Positions 47,158 through 57,370 of a stretch of DNA of 64,000 nt are shown here, in pieces. The DNA lies in IMG/VR virus record IMGVR_UViG_3300035070_002905, positions 32,001 through 96,000 of that record, one strand, 5' to 3'. Both the position numbers and the translations under genes were made by a program. The notes under the pieces are model-generated. The model did no database searches and was not told where the DNA came from. It worked only from the letters and a program-made list of their open reading frames with translations. Source of the stretch: a virus. Position 1 is the first letter of the stretch; every line of letters starts with the position of its first letter.

Positions 47158-47420
47158 TAGACTTCTCCCGATAATACTTTCGATGTTACTACAGTGTACG
47201 CGTAGTTGAGCATGAACTGCTGGAAACTCTTGCTATACTGCCTGTTAATGAAGCAGTTACGTGCAGTAGAGTTCGGAGCGAGTTGCCCGGATACGCTATT
47301 AGGTACAATGAAGTAATTACGACGTTTCTCGTTGATGAGGTCACTTGACGACTTATTACTGTTGGTCGGAAATGAGAGGGACGGCGGGGAACCGCCCTCT
47401 GGATAACGTCTACCTTCCAT
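47157..47420 (-). CDS. Hypothetical protein
   Basis: SD AAAGGAG before the ATG at 47420. Confidence 0.55.
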   Translation of the reverse strand: MEGRRYPEGGSPPSLSFPTNSNKSSSDLINEKRRNYFIVPNSVSGQLAPNSTARNCFINRQYSKSFQQFMLNYAYTVVTSKVLSGEV

Positions 47421-47430
47421 CTTGACTCCT

Positions 47431-49689
47431 TTAATATTCCAAGAATGGGCTTGATTCAGCATCAATACCTGCTGATACTATTTTACCGCCTTCTTGGGTC
47501 GTATCTTGGAGTCTGGTAGGGTTACGTACATACTCGACATCGGTTAGATCAGTAGAAATCCAATCGTCTATGTCGACATATCCGGTTTGTCCATCAGCAA
47601 TACGTTCTTGTTCGAGCTCGTAGAGTGAAGTGATGTTGCGTGCGACTAGCATCAGGCTGCCCTGTACCGTGTCGTAGAATGGTCCCTCTCCATCTGTAGT
47701 CCAATGACCGCCCGTATCTGCTGTACGGGTGAACGGAATCATTGTACCGGTAGTGTAGTCCTGTAATAGAGCCGGTTCGGCTGCCCCTACTCCTAGTACT
47801 TCTTGGTATACTTGACAGGCCTTTATGTAGCCCTTAGAGTTACCGTAGATACGCGGGTCTTCTGCCAGATCGAACGTAGCCATTAGGTATGGGTTGATCG
47901 CTGGTAGATTGAACTTAGCCAGTTCTGCTAGGGTCGATAGGCTGGTCATCCCGTATGTGGTAGATGACATACCATCTGCAGAGATATCATGTGTGATACT
48001 CGTACAGAAACCGTGGTAGCTATCTCGACTAGGTACAGGATCGACTACGTCCATCGGATATCCTACTACGGCGTACGGGTTAAATACTCCGGTAGCTGAA
48101 CCCTGACGAGACTTAGCGGTCTCCTGTGCAAACTCCTGGTCTGCGTATAGGAAGTTAAGGCGTTCGAAACTAGCGATCCCTGAGCTAGTCCCCAGTGGAT
48201 TGTAGTTAGGATTGCCTGGGTACATAGTGTTCCAAGCCTGTAGAGCTGCATTATACTCTGTACCGACTACCTCTGTGCCGCCGCCTTCAGTGTCCTTCTC
48301 TTCCAGGTAGCCACGCATTAGGTTGTACTTCATAGGTAGCTGCGTGACCTGAGCACGTATGCCCTGACCCCACTCGTACTTACCGACCTTGTTATTGTAA
48401 GAAGATCGTGAGCTGCCCAGGTTACCGCCTGCACCTCCGCCACGGGCGTACCGTACCGAGTGTGGGCTAGTATAAGTAATGCTTGGACCCATCTGACCCA
48501 TACCTGCCAGGCCTGCTGTAGGATTGGCTAGGTTGACGGTACGTGTAGGAGTCGCCGAGTACATACTCTGCATGTTAAACGAGTAGTACATGTTCGGGAG
48601 TAGCACGTTACATATCGGAGCGTAGTAGTATGGTAGGCGAGGCTTCGTGATATACTCGATGATAGAACCGTCTGCTCGGCTGACCGGGCTGTTCAGGGTA
48701 ATCATATCGTACTCGAGTAGATCTAGCATCATCGATACCAGTTGACCATAGCTTCCTATCTCGGGACTCGGCATGCCGGCCTGTAGAGATTGCAGTGCTG
48801 CTACCGATAGTTCTTTCTGTGCGGCCTCCCCTACGAACGTCTTATACGCTAGGGGGATCATAGTAGGCTTGTTGTCTACATCGGGATTGGCCTTAGCGTT
48901 CTCTTCCGGTCTGAAGTTGTACGTGCTAGTTGCAATGCCGTTCTCGATAGTCGGGTGGCCGGTCATTCGCTTCCAGAACTTGATACCGTCTTCTACCATC
49001 GGAGTGAATAGCTCCCTCATGGCTTCCGAGTCGTTAGAACCAACGTTCCTCTGTGCGTCTAGCTTCAGGATATTCCATAGTACGCGGATCATTCCCGGTG
49101 TACCCTGTAGGCGTAGTGCCTCGGCGGCGTCTGCTACATTCTGATGGCTGTCCGTGCCTGCCGTAGCGCTGATACCTTGTAGAGCTTTGATCATCGCCGT
49201 CTCGCGGCTGAACTCTGCAGTAGTCGTAGCGCCGGTAGCTGTAGGGTCGGTCTCGCTTAGAGCGCCCTGTACTAGCTGGCTAGAGTAGCGGATCAGGATA
49301 TCGCTCAGTACACGTGAGTGGTGAACGGCCTGTAGTGTAATCTGCTGCTGTGCTCCGTTAGAGCTGATAGACTTAGTATCGGATACTGCACCGATGATCC
49401 CAGAGAAGATCAGCTTATAGCCGTCCTGCTGGGTAGCTCGTGTAGCTCCCGAGATTACCTCATTAGGAGTAACGCCGTAGTTGTAGTCTCTAAAAAAGAT
49501 CTCTACCTTAGGCTGGTAGTTCCTACCGATCTCCTGCAGGCCTGCGAAAGGCGGCAGCGAGATGTCGGCGGTAGGGTTCTGCTGGTAAACGTTACTGATC
49601 CGAATATGGTTAAAGGGCACCTGAATGCCCTCTATGTATACCCGGTAGTCTTCGTACAGCATGTCTAATCCTGTTCGATTAAGTGACAC
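47431..49689 (-). CDS. Baseplate hub-like protein
   Basis: VYIEGIQVPF, LIFSG.I, FNPYAVVGYP, ITHDISA. Confidence 0.6.
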   Translation of the reverse strand: MSLNRTGLDMLYEDYRVYIEGIQVPFNHIRISNVYQQNPTADISLPPFAGLQEIGRNYQPKVEIFFRDYNYGVTPNEVISGATRATQQDGYKLIFSGIIGAVSDTKSISSNGAQQQITLQAVHHSRVLSDILIRYSSQLVQGALSETDPTATGATTTAEFSRETAMIKALQGISATAGTDSHQNVADAAEALRLQGTPGMIRVLWNILKLDAQRNVGSNDSEAMRELFTPMVEDGIKFWKRMTGHPTIENGIATSTYNFRPEENAKANPDVDNKPTMIPLAYKTFVGEAAQKELSVAALQSLQAGMPSPEIGSYGQLVSMMLDLLEYDMITLNSPVSRADGSIIEYITKPRLPYYYAPICNVLLPNMYYSFNMQSMYSATPTRTVNLANPTAGLAGMGQMGPSITYTSPHSVRYARGGGAGGNLGSSRSSYNNKVGKYEWGQGIRAQVTQLPMKYNLMRGYLEEKDTEGGGTEVVGTEYNAALQAWNTMYPGNPNYNPLGTSSGIASFERLNFLYADQEFAQETAKSRQGSATGVFNPYAVVGYPMDVVDPVPSRDSYHGFCTSITHDISADGMSSTTYGMTSLSTLAELAKFNLPAINPYLMATFDLAEDPRIYGNSKGYIKACQVYQEVLGVGAAEPALLQDYTTGTMIPFTRTADTGGHWTTDGEGPFYDTVQGSLMLVARNITSLYELEQERIADGQTGYVDIDDWISTDLTDVEYVRNPTRLQDTTQEGGKIVSAGIDAESSPFLEY

Positions 49690-50353
49690 TTCCGTATACT
49701 CCGTAGTAAGCGATGATTGCTAGAGCACGCTCTAGTATATCCTCTATTGTGTACAAGTAGTCATTCTCATCGATGTTCTGTCGTAGACTCCTCAGTCGAG
49801 GTACCAGACGATCCATCTCTGCATGACTTGTTATTAGACTCCAGTTCTCCGGGATAGTCGGTAGGACCGGTACGCCTAGCTGCTCGTAGCCCAGCAAGGC
49901 TCCTGAGTATGTGCCGGCTAGATAGTTCATATATCCACGAGTATCACCGGTAAGCGCATAGCTAGATCCTACTGCAGGGTTTAGCGTTACACCTACTCGA
50001 GCTCCGTAGCCACGACCGCATAGACGACAGAAGCCGTTCTCGGTTAGGCAGTTACCGGTATCTCTAGTCCGTACGAAGTAGTTGCCTGCAGTCAGGCGTT
50101 CTACTAGATATGGATCATCTATTGGCGCGTTGGTGTCCAGTGCGATTAAGCCGAGTACCTCATAGTCCGTGTCGGGGATATCCATCCTGCGTCCTATAGT
50201 AGTCTCACAGTCAATCTCCGTGCACGGCATGGTAGGATTAAGTATCTTGTTAGCGAACGAACGTAGAATAGGATCCGTGTTAGGGATCGCATCTAGGTTG
50301 AACACGTTCTGTAGTAGTAGGGAGTTCGAATAGGAACGTACACCTAATGCCAT
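49679..50353 (-). CDS. Protein with an RNA polymerase beta-prime Zn-site-II-like segment
   Basis: EIDCETTIG...EVLGLIA...VRTRDTGNCLTENGFCRLCGRG; SD GGAGG before the ATG at 50353. Confidence 0.6.
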   Translation of the reverse strand: MALGVRSYSNSLLLQNVFNLDAIPNTDPILRSFANKILNPTMPCTEIDCETTIGRRMDIPDTDYEVLGLIALDTNAPIDDPYLVERLTAGNYFVRTRDTGNCLTENGFCRLCGRGYGARVGVTLNPAVGSSYALTGDTRGYMNYLAGTYSGALLGYEQLGVPVLPTIPENWSLITSHAEMDRLVPRLRSLRQNIDENDYLYTIEDILERALAIIAYYGVYGSVT

Positions 50354-50354
50354 A

Positions 50355-51671
50355 TTAGCCTCCCATCTTAATTGGTAGTGAAGGATCAAGCTCTGGCTCT
50401 TCCGTCTGAGGCGTAATGCCTAGCGATAGAGTGGCTCGTTGATTTACCACTAGTACTGCAGCTTCTCCTGTAGGAGTTCCTCGGGCAGCGCCCTTAGTTC
50501 CTCCGGCAGATAGCGATAGCATTGCAGGACCAGCATCTACATCAGGGCCTCCCGCTACATCTATTCGTCCACCTCCGCCTTCTCCGATAGAGCCTACCTT
50601 AGCGGACAGACTATCTGGGAAGTTACAGATCTTCGTAATAGCGTTATCGATATTGTTCGCCGCTCCATACACTGCACGGGTGGCCGACTCTATATTCCCG
50701 ATGATGTCATCGATGCCCGACTCGATTGCGTCTATGAAGCTCACTGCCTCGTTAGCGAATGCTGCTACCTGAGCGGCTAGATCGACTAGCGGTGCGGTGA
50801 AGTTACTGATGAAGTCGTTGATATCACCGAAGAAGTCCGTTACGTCCGAGGCCGAGAACCCGATTAGATCCTTAATGGTCGGCAGCGTAATGATCGACTT
50901 AGTATAATTACCGGTAGACAGGCCTGCAGTGACGTTAGCCGTGGGCGAGTCGTCGGGTAGAGGCACTAGGCTAGCCGTGTTGTTCGCAGTACGTGCAAAT
51001 ATGTCGGACGCCGTGATCGTAGGATCTCGCGTAGTAAGCGTAGTGTAGTTAATGTCACCCGAGCCGTCTGCATTTAGGAAGTACTCATCGGTAGAACGGA
51101 TGATGAACTCTCGTGCGATGAAGCTTGCAGTGAACCGTACGTCAGTATCTCGGTCTGCGCCCTGCTGTATCTGGATACTCAGGAAGGCACCGGTGAACTG
51201 TGCGTTGTTAATCGACATCTCTACGTACGAGTATTCCTGTGCAGCCTTACTACCGCGTAAGAAGTCTTTGTATAGCGAGAGGAACTGTGCGAACTGATCG
51301 TTGTCTAGGTCGTCTACTATGATACCGCTTAGGTTTACTACAATCGGTGCATGCCCGTAGAAGTATACGGCCTCTTTACCTCCGAAGGTATGTACAATCT
51401 GCTGTTTCTCTACGATGCCGTAATCGATGTTCTGTGCTATAAAGTTAATGTATCCAAGGCCGTCAGGGTTTAGTACATCCCACAGAGCATTCGACTGATA
51501 CTGCTGTTGGGTCTGACTGGCATTGGAGTGAAAGGTCGCCCATTCTTCATTCGGTACGTGGAAACGTAGAGAAGCCGCTGTACCGCGGCTCTCTTCTGCT
51601 ACCCTATATCGTGGACGTACAGTCTGGAGACGTTCTCCATTCTGATTAATACGACTTGGTAATTCAGCCAT
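50355..51671 (-). CDS. Tail tube initiator/baseplate protein
   Basis: EKQQIVHTFG...YFYG.AP.V.NLSG; immediately downstream of the TMP. Confidence 0.55.
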   Translation of the reverse strand: MAELPSRINQNGERLQTVRPRYRVAEESRGTAASLRFHVPNEEWATFHSNASQTQQQYQSNALWDVLNPDGLGYINFIAQNIDYGIVEKQQIVHTFGGKEAVYFYGHAPIVVNLSGIIVDDLDNDQFAQFLSLYKDFLRGSKAAQEYSYVEMSINNAQFTGAFLSIQIQQGADRDTDVRFTASFIAREFIIRSTDEYFLNADGSGDINYTTLTTRDPTITASDIFARTANNTASLVPLPDDSPTANVTAGLSTGNYTKSIITLPTIKDLIGFSASDVTDFFGDINDFISNFTAPLVDLAAQVAAFANEAVSFIDAIESGIDDIIGNIESATRAVYGAANNIDNAITKICNFPDSLSAKVGSIGEGGGGRIDVAGGPDVDAGPAMLSLSAGGTKGAARGTPTGEAAVLVVNQRATLSLGITPQTEEPELDPSLPIKMGG

Positions 51672-51673
51672 TG

Positions 51674-51871
51674 TTACTCCCTTACGGTGGTCTGACGCAT
51701 AACGTTACGTTGTTCCAGTAGTTCCTTCTGTCCGAAGACTCCGCCTAGCTGTGTAGGCATGAACTGCTTCTCGGAATCCGTAGCTAGATGCCTTAGACGC
51801 CCTATTGTAGATTCCACATGAACCTTAAAGATTTCAGTGGATGTCATATTAACTAGTTTAATGCTGGCCAT
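51674..51871 (-). CDS. Hypothetical protein
   Basis: Coupled ORF. Confidence 0.55.
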   Translation of the reverse strand: MASIKLVNMTSTEIFKVHVESTIGRLRHLATDSEKQFMPTQLGGVFGQKELLEQRNVMRQTTVRE

Positions 51872-54807
51872 TATCTACCTACCTTATTCTTGTAGTCCTC
51901 TGTGGACATATGCCAAGGAGTGTCCTGGCGTAAGTTACGTTCGTTCAACTGCTTCATCTGCTGAGTCAACTCGTTAGTGGCAAAGCTATTGGCTTTCACC
52001 TGGCTGGCTAGGTCTCCGCTGTTGAGTAGATTGTCGAGGTTCTTACCGATATCCTTGAAGGCCGAAGTATCAATCCCCAGGTCGTCGTCAGACTTACCTG
52101 CAGCTTTCTCTTCTTGGTACTTCATAGCGTCAGCGATAAGCTTGGCGTCAGTATCGTTGTTGCCACCGAATATACTGCTAATGGCTCCCGTATTGAAGTC
52201 ATTCTCGATTGCCCGTGCACCGCCTCTATTGTTAATGTACTCTTCGGCGTCTTCACGAGAGAACCCTAGACTAGATAGCCTCTGAAGGATATCCTCTTTG
52301 CCATTAATGTTGGCTGCACTCGCCGACTTAATACCGCCTCCGACTGTCATACCAGTAAGCGGATCGAATGTCCCAGTAGTTGTAGGCATAGTATCGCGAG
52401 TCTTACCAGCTGCCTTAGCTGCCGTACCGACTATAGCGTCTATCTCACCTCCTGCCACTACCCTACGTGCCTCTTCTTCAGATACTCCGTAACCCTTAAG
52501 GTATTGTATCTGCTCGGCTTTGGATGCTCCCGTTAGGCGGGCTTTGATCGCCTTGTTCATATCGCCAGAGTAAGTGTCCTGGTATGCGCCACGTAGTACA
52601 TCTCCGCTAACGCCACGATCACCCATACGACTAGCAATGAAGTCATCGCCTGATTTCTTAAAGGCGCTTGCTGATACCTGCTTAACCTTAGTACGTCGGA
52701 TCTCATTTTTAGCTGCACCCTCATTTACCAGTTGGTTTACTCGAGTGGTTATGCCTGCAGGATCGTCTGTACCGAATACCGCACCGCCTGACTGCTTGTT
52801 TACCTTATAGGCTAGCGTCTCGATACGATCGAGCTCTTCCTGGGTATAGCTGTCACGTCCCAGTAAGCTCATTAGCTCACGGGCGTCTTGCTGTGCCTGT
52901 CCTTCAGCCTTAGCTGACTGAGTGGTAATACCGGTAATCACCGAGGTCCACTTATCGTTAGTCGAGAAGCTGCCTCCGCTAGTAGCTCCAGTAACCGGGC
53001 TAGTATAAGTACCCTGCATTGAACCTGACTGTAAGCCGACTACATTGCCGCCAGCGTCGTAACCCTCAGCACGCGCGGTACCGGGTACGCCTAGGATCGA
53101 TGCTGTAGTACTCTCCCAAGCATCCGCTAGCCATGAACTAGCAGCCAGAGGAGCTGTGCCTATTCCTGCACCTGCACCACGTGTATTAGATCCAATCTGA
53201 CGGAACTCGTTCTGAATAGCGCCTAGACCCCAGACGCCTGCCATCGATAGCCCTTCACGACCACGACGGTTAGCCGTCTCACGACGACCAGATGCATCCG
53301 ATGCTAGAGATCGGTTAGTACGGTTAGTAGGATCCTGCTCTGCCTGATATGCCAGTACAAGCGACTGGAACTCTTGCGAGCTATAGCCGTTCTGCTGTGC
53401 CACCGTAGCCAGGTTCTCGATCTTACTAGCGTCCATGCCCGAAGCACGTGCCAGACTCTGTAGCATCTTGAGTGGACCGTTGATCATGCCGTCGCTACCT
53501 ATGAACTCACTCATATTAGCGCCTTGGTTCATGAACTGCTTACCCATGGTACCGTAAGGATCAGCCGCGAACTGTGCTCCGAATGCAGAGGTCGTACCTA
53601 CTACACTAGAGCCTGGACGCATACCGCCCATCATCATCATTTGGCCCATCGGAGAGCTCATCATACGCATGCCGCCTTGCATTACGTTCTGAGTCATCCC
53701 CTCCATACCGCCTAGAGCTGCTACCTGTCCTGCAGAGATTAACCCTGAACGACGTGCTCCTGAGAAGCCGGCGAATATGTCTGCAGCCTGTGTCTGACCG
53801 AGTATCGGTGCGACGCCGTATTGGCTGGCGATCATCTGCCCTTGGTTACCTACGGTATTCATTAGCTGGTCTACGCTGACGCCTGATGCTGCCGAGGCAG
53901 AACTCATCATACGCATGACCGTTCCCATCTGAGAGATGTTCTCAACGCCGGCTCCACGCATGCGACTCATATAGTCCACAGCTTCTTTAACGGAGTCAGT
54001 GTTAGCTAACGTCATGATAGTCTTAACGTTATCGGCCATAGCCTTAACGCCTTCGGTAATACGGTTGACGTCCATATTGCCTATGTTGTTGAACATGCCT
54101 GAAGCCATACCGTAGTCGCCGATCGCGTTGAAGTCCTCTGCGGAGAACGTGAAGTCCTCTGCACCGGCTTTAGTTAACGCGCTGGACAGCTGGGTTGCTC
54201 TAGTATTACTAATACCGTAAGCTCCTGAAGCATTAGCGCCCTGGCCTGATACGAAGGTATCGCCTAGACGGTCACGCCAGTTCTGTGCTCCCCGACGAGC
54301 CTCTACGTATGGGTCCATTACATTACGGTCTGCGAAGCTAGCAACTCCAGCTGCGGCAGCCATCGGTAGCATTGCACCGGCTACAAAGCCACCTGCTGCT
54401 CCACCTATTGCTCCCATGCCGACTCTACCGGCTATACCGCGTCCTAGGGCTGAACCGAATCGGTTAGCTCCACCGGATAGCAGTCTATCTGCACCGTACC
54501 AGGCAGCCAGTGGGATCGCACCCTTCTGCATAGCACTCATGCCTGCGTCCATCGGTGCGAACGCAATGTTAGATCTGTGTGCTCCGTAGTATTGGGAAGG
54601 ATCGTCTCGAGCCCTCCTATCATCTCCGAATGGCGTAAACGCCTCGTGCATCGAATAGCCTAAACCAAAACGGGGAGCGTACGGGTTATCCGCTTGCTCC
54701 CTCTGGTAGGCTGGTCGAAACTGAGACATATAAGCCGGCGTCATGTAGGCAGGGTCTATGTTCCATCCCTGGTACGTGCTCATCGGCGTATTGAATTGAT
54801 CAACCAT
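51871..54807 (-). CDS. Tape measure protein
   Basis: 978 aa, A/G/M-rich helical, hydrophobic Gly-rich segment; lies directly after a frameshifted chaperone pair. Confidence 0.75.
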   Translation of the reverse strand: MVDQFNTPMSTYQGWNIDPAYMTPAYMSQFRPAYQREQADNPYAPRFGLGYSMHEAFTPFGDDRRARDDPSQYYGAHRSNIAFAPMDAGMSAMQKGAIPLAAWYGADRLLSGGANRFGSALGRGIAGRVGMGAIGGAAGGFVAGAMLPMAAAAGVASFADRNVMDPYVEARRGAQNWRDRLGDTFVSGQGANASGAYGISNTRATQLSSALTKAGAEDFTFSAEDFNAIGDYGMASGMFNNIGNMDVNRITEGVKAMADNVKTIMTLANTDSVKEAVDYMSRMRGAGVENISQMGTVMRMMSSASAASGVSVDQLMNTVGNQGQMIASQYGVAPILGQTQAADIFAGFSGARRSGLISAGQVAALGGMEGMTQNVMQGGMRMMSSPMGQMMMMGGMRPGSSVVGTTSAFGAQFAADPYGTMGKQFMNQGANMSEFIGSDGMINGPLKMLQSLARASGMDASKIENLATVAQQNGYSSQEFQSLVLAYQAEQDPTNRTNRSLASDASGRRETANRRGREGLSMAGVWGLGAIQNEFRQIGSNTRGAGAGIGTAPLAASSWLADAWESTTASILGVPGTARAEGYDAGGNVVGLQSGSMQGTYTSPVTGATSGGSFSTNDKWTSVITGITTQSAKAEGQAQQDARELMSLLGRDSYTQEELDRIETLAYKVNKQSGGAVFGTDDPAGITTRVNQLVNEGAAKNEIRRTKVKQVSASAFKKSGDDFIASRMGDRGVSGDVLRGAYQDTYSGDMNKAIKARLTGASKAEQIQYLKGYGVSEEEARRVVAGGEIDAIVGTAAKAAGKTRDTMPTTTGTFDPLTGMTVGGGIKSASAANINGKEDILQRLSSLGFSREDAEEYINNRGGARAIENDFNTGAISSIFGGNNDTDAKLIADAMKYQEEKAAGKSDDDLGIDTSAFKDIGKNLDNLLNSGDLASQVKANSFATNELTQQMKQLNERNLRQDTPWHMSTEDYKNKVGR

Positions 54808-55117
54808 CTATTAGTCCTCTTACAACAGCCTGTCCGTCCTCCAGTTCCATAGTTGGACGTAAGTGCTTAACGTTATTCTGGTATTCATCCATCATCTCTG
54901 CGTATCGATCTTCGATGTCTTCAAACCAAAGCGCCGCTACTGCCTTACGGTATTGAGTCTTCATCAGGTCGATGTTATTTGTTGCTGCAGCTATCTGAGT
55001 CATGAGCATATGGCTTTCGGTCGCCTTCTGCTTACCTAGCGCCTTACGCAGTTGTCTATCTCGCATAGAAAGAAGGGGACCTGGATCGATCCCCTTTATG
55101 TAAAGTTCCATGCGCAT
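54800..55117 (-). CDS. Tail assembly chaperone, T (frameshift) portion
   Basis: In the -1 frame of the upstream gene and open back through the slippery site. Confidence 0.7.
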   Translation of the reverse strand: MRMELYIKGIDPGPLLSMRDRQLRKALGKQKATESHMLMTQIAAATNNIDLMKTQYRKAVAALWFEDIEDRYAEMMDEYQNNVKHLRPTMELEDGQAVVRGLIDG

Positions 55118-55134
55118 ATTCGCCCATGACTCTT

Positions 55135-55659
55135 TTAAAAATTTTCTTCGCCGTACCCTAGGGCATTACGGATAGAGACATCGAAGGTGGACATGTGACG
55201 GCTAAGCATCTCGACTACCTGACTTGGGAGTGCGCGTACTTTGTCGTAGCGGGCCTTCTGGTCCATGCCGCTGTAGTCTGTACCGTTAAGATCCATCAGC
55301 GAGTATGATAGGCTCAGTACCGCAGCCATCGTCTGGTATGCAGACATCGTCTGGAACTGCATGCCGTCTAGCTGGCGGGCAATCTTCACGTCTTCATCCG
55401 CCGTGCGGCTCTTAAGCTTGCACGAGTAGCGCTTACCTAGCGGGAATGTCTCTTCGTATGAGCCCTGGAAGAATAGATCGTCGTAGATCTTAAGGAACTT
55501 AGCCTTCTCTGCCTCGCTCGGGCCTTCTACTACAGGCTCTTCTGGTAATTCAGGTAGTGTAGGCGTCACCTCGGCCTCTTCCTGTGCTTCAGCTACTAGC
55601 ATCGGCTCGTCGAAGTCCAGTGAGTTATCTACTTCAGCGAAGTCTAGTTTGTTTTCCAT
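55135..55659 (-). CDS. Tail assembly chaperone G
   Basis: Ends GAA AAT TTT TAA; upstream of the TMP. Confidence 0.7.
   Translation of the reverse strand: MENKLDFAEVDNSLDFDEPMLVAEAQEEAEVTPTLPELPEEPVVEGPSEAEKAKFLKIYDDLFFQGSYEETFPLGKRYSCKLKSRTADEDVKIARQLDGMQFQTMSAYQTMAAVLSLSYSLMDLNGTDYSGMDQKARYDKVRALPSQVVEMLSRHMSTFDVSIRNALGYGEENF
55138..55144 (-). other. -1 programmed frameshift slippery heptamer A AAU UUU
   Basis: The -1 frame reads ...LKESWANMRMELY into the next ORF. Confidence 0.7.
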
Positions 55660-55729
55660 TGTGTTTCTCCTTTTAGTATGTACCTATATTTTAGGCATAA
55701 AGAAGCCCTCACGAGGAGGGCTGGATGAT

Positions 55730-57370
55730 TTACTCTACGAAACGCTCGAAGTGTCCACAGGTGTACTGGTAGCCGAGGTATGCGAATGTAACCGCATGGA
55801 ACCAGTCATCAGGGATGTTCGGGTCTTTAACGTATAGACGCTTACCGACTCGAGTCTCTTCCTCGTAGATAGCCAGTGCGTCATTCCACAGGTATTCCGT
55901 CTGTTCCCAGCAGGGAGCAAGGAAGCGTCCTGGACCCCAACGCATAGCTGACATGATGTTATCCATGGCACGCGTACGGTCGGCTGCAAGGTAGTTACCC
56001 TTAGTATTCCAGTATAGCATCGTATCGCTTGATACATACTGGGTCATGATCGCACGGTTATGGCCGAAGCGTTGCTGCATGATCTCGCCTTGTAGTACAC
56101 CGACACCACGGTCCGAGCTGATACACTTAACGTTCCACTTATTAGCCATCTCACATACCAGGTCGACCTGATCGTGGATCTTCGCATCGGCGTACTTCTT
56201 AGAGTCTAGTAGAACGATCGAGTTGTCTGCACATATACCAATGACGACTGCGATGGTCGACGATGACTTACTGCCTGATACCGACCAGTCGACACCGAGG
56301 ATGGTCGAGTGGATGCTCCCGATCTTAGCCTCTAGGTGTGGCGGGACGTTAGAGCCATCGGGTAGAGGCCACTCGCGCCACTCGGGGTCTGAACATGCCT
56401 GAGCCTCGCCCAAGCTGAGTGATGATGCACCCATATCTGTAGCCAGACCGAATACTTCGTTAGCTAGTGTGGCTGGAGTGTACAGACCGCCTTTAAGTGA
56501 GTCCTCTACTTTCTTGTAGAGCTGAGGCCACTTAGGCTTACGGTCACCGGTCTCACCTTCAACCGAGATGTTGGCACCGAAGATTAGCTGTGGGAGATGC
56601 AGACCGACACGGTCCTTCTCGTTAAACTTAACCCACTGCCCGTCGAAGAAGTCGAAGCGTGAGTGACAGTGTGGACATACCATGTGCTTAGGGTTAACAC
56701 ACATCTCCATACACGTGTCGAAGTCATGTGGAATCACCCACTTGCTGCACTTATCGCACTTCTTAACCCATTCCTGCTTATTGCTCAACTGCCAGAGCTG
56801 CTCTAGGGTATTCGCCGTTGACTTACTCGTACCGGTGAACATCTGGTAGCCGAACTGAGAGGTGTTGAGGATCTCACCGATTACCGGGATGATGTCCATC
56901 GACACGTCCTGCACCTCATCGATACACATTAGGTCGGCTGTTAGACCACGCACACGGTCGGCATCTGCGCCGGTCTGTGCATACGACAGGTATACTGTAC
57001 TCTTATTCTTGTATGTCTTTTGGAATACGTTACCGACGTCCTTCTGATCCACACAGTACTTGCTGATATACTCACAGTCCCTGAAGATGTCCAGGTAACC
57101 AGAGGAGAATCGCTTGGTTTGTATCTGTGAAGGCGTGATGTATAACGATTGGAACCAGGGCTGTGCGACCGAGCCAATATTGATGCGTCCTGCAAGGCCT
57201 AGTGACTTACCCACCTGACGTGACGCCTTGAGTACTAGGTAATCCTCGTACGTATCATAAATCTTGCGTTGTGGACCGTAGTTGTTGCCAAACTCCACAC
57301 GTGACCCACGGAAATCTAGTATTGCCTCTGCAATCTGACTGCCCTTGAGCTTACTCATATCGATGTTCAT
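55730..57370 (-). CDS. Terminase large subunit
   Basis: KASRQVGKS (Walker A), RVRGL, CIDEVQD (Walker B), FTGT, CxxC..CxxC insert, GVDW nuclease, DDWFHA. Confidence 0.85.
   Translation of the reverse strand: MNIDMSKLKGSQIAEAILDFRGSRVEFGNNYGPQRKIYDTYEDYLVLKASRQVGKSLGLAGRINIGSVAQPWFQSLYITPSQIQTKRFSSGYLDIFRDCEYISKYCVDQKDVGNVFQKTYKNKSTVYLSYAQTGADADRVRGLTADLMCIDEVQDVSMDIIPVIGEILNTSQFGYQMFTGTSKSTANTLEQLWQLSNKQEWVKKCDKCSKWVIPHDFDTCMEMCVNPKHMVCPHCHSRFDFFDGQWVKFNEKDRVGLHLPQLIFGANISVEGETGDRKPKWPQLYKKVEDSLKGGLYTPATLANEVFGLATDMGASSLSLGEAQACSDPEWREWPLPDGSNVPPHLEAKIGSIHSTILGVDWSVSGSKSSSTIAVVIGICADNSIVLLDSKKYADAKIHDQVDLVCEMANKWNVKCISSDRGVGVLQGEIMQQRFGHNRAIMTQYVSSDTMLYWNTKGNYLAADRTRAMDNIMSAMRWGPGRFLAPCWEQTEYLWNDALAIYEEETRVGKRLYVKDPNIPDDWFHAVTFAYLGYQYTCGHFERFVE

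Noticed and set aside
51977-52810. Antisense ORFs in the track, here and throughout
   Set aside because: They are shadows of long genes on the other strand, without RBS or recognisable motifs.
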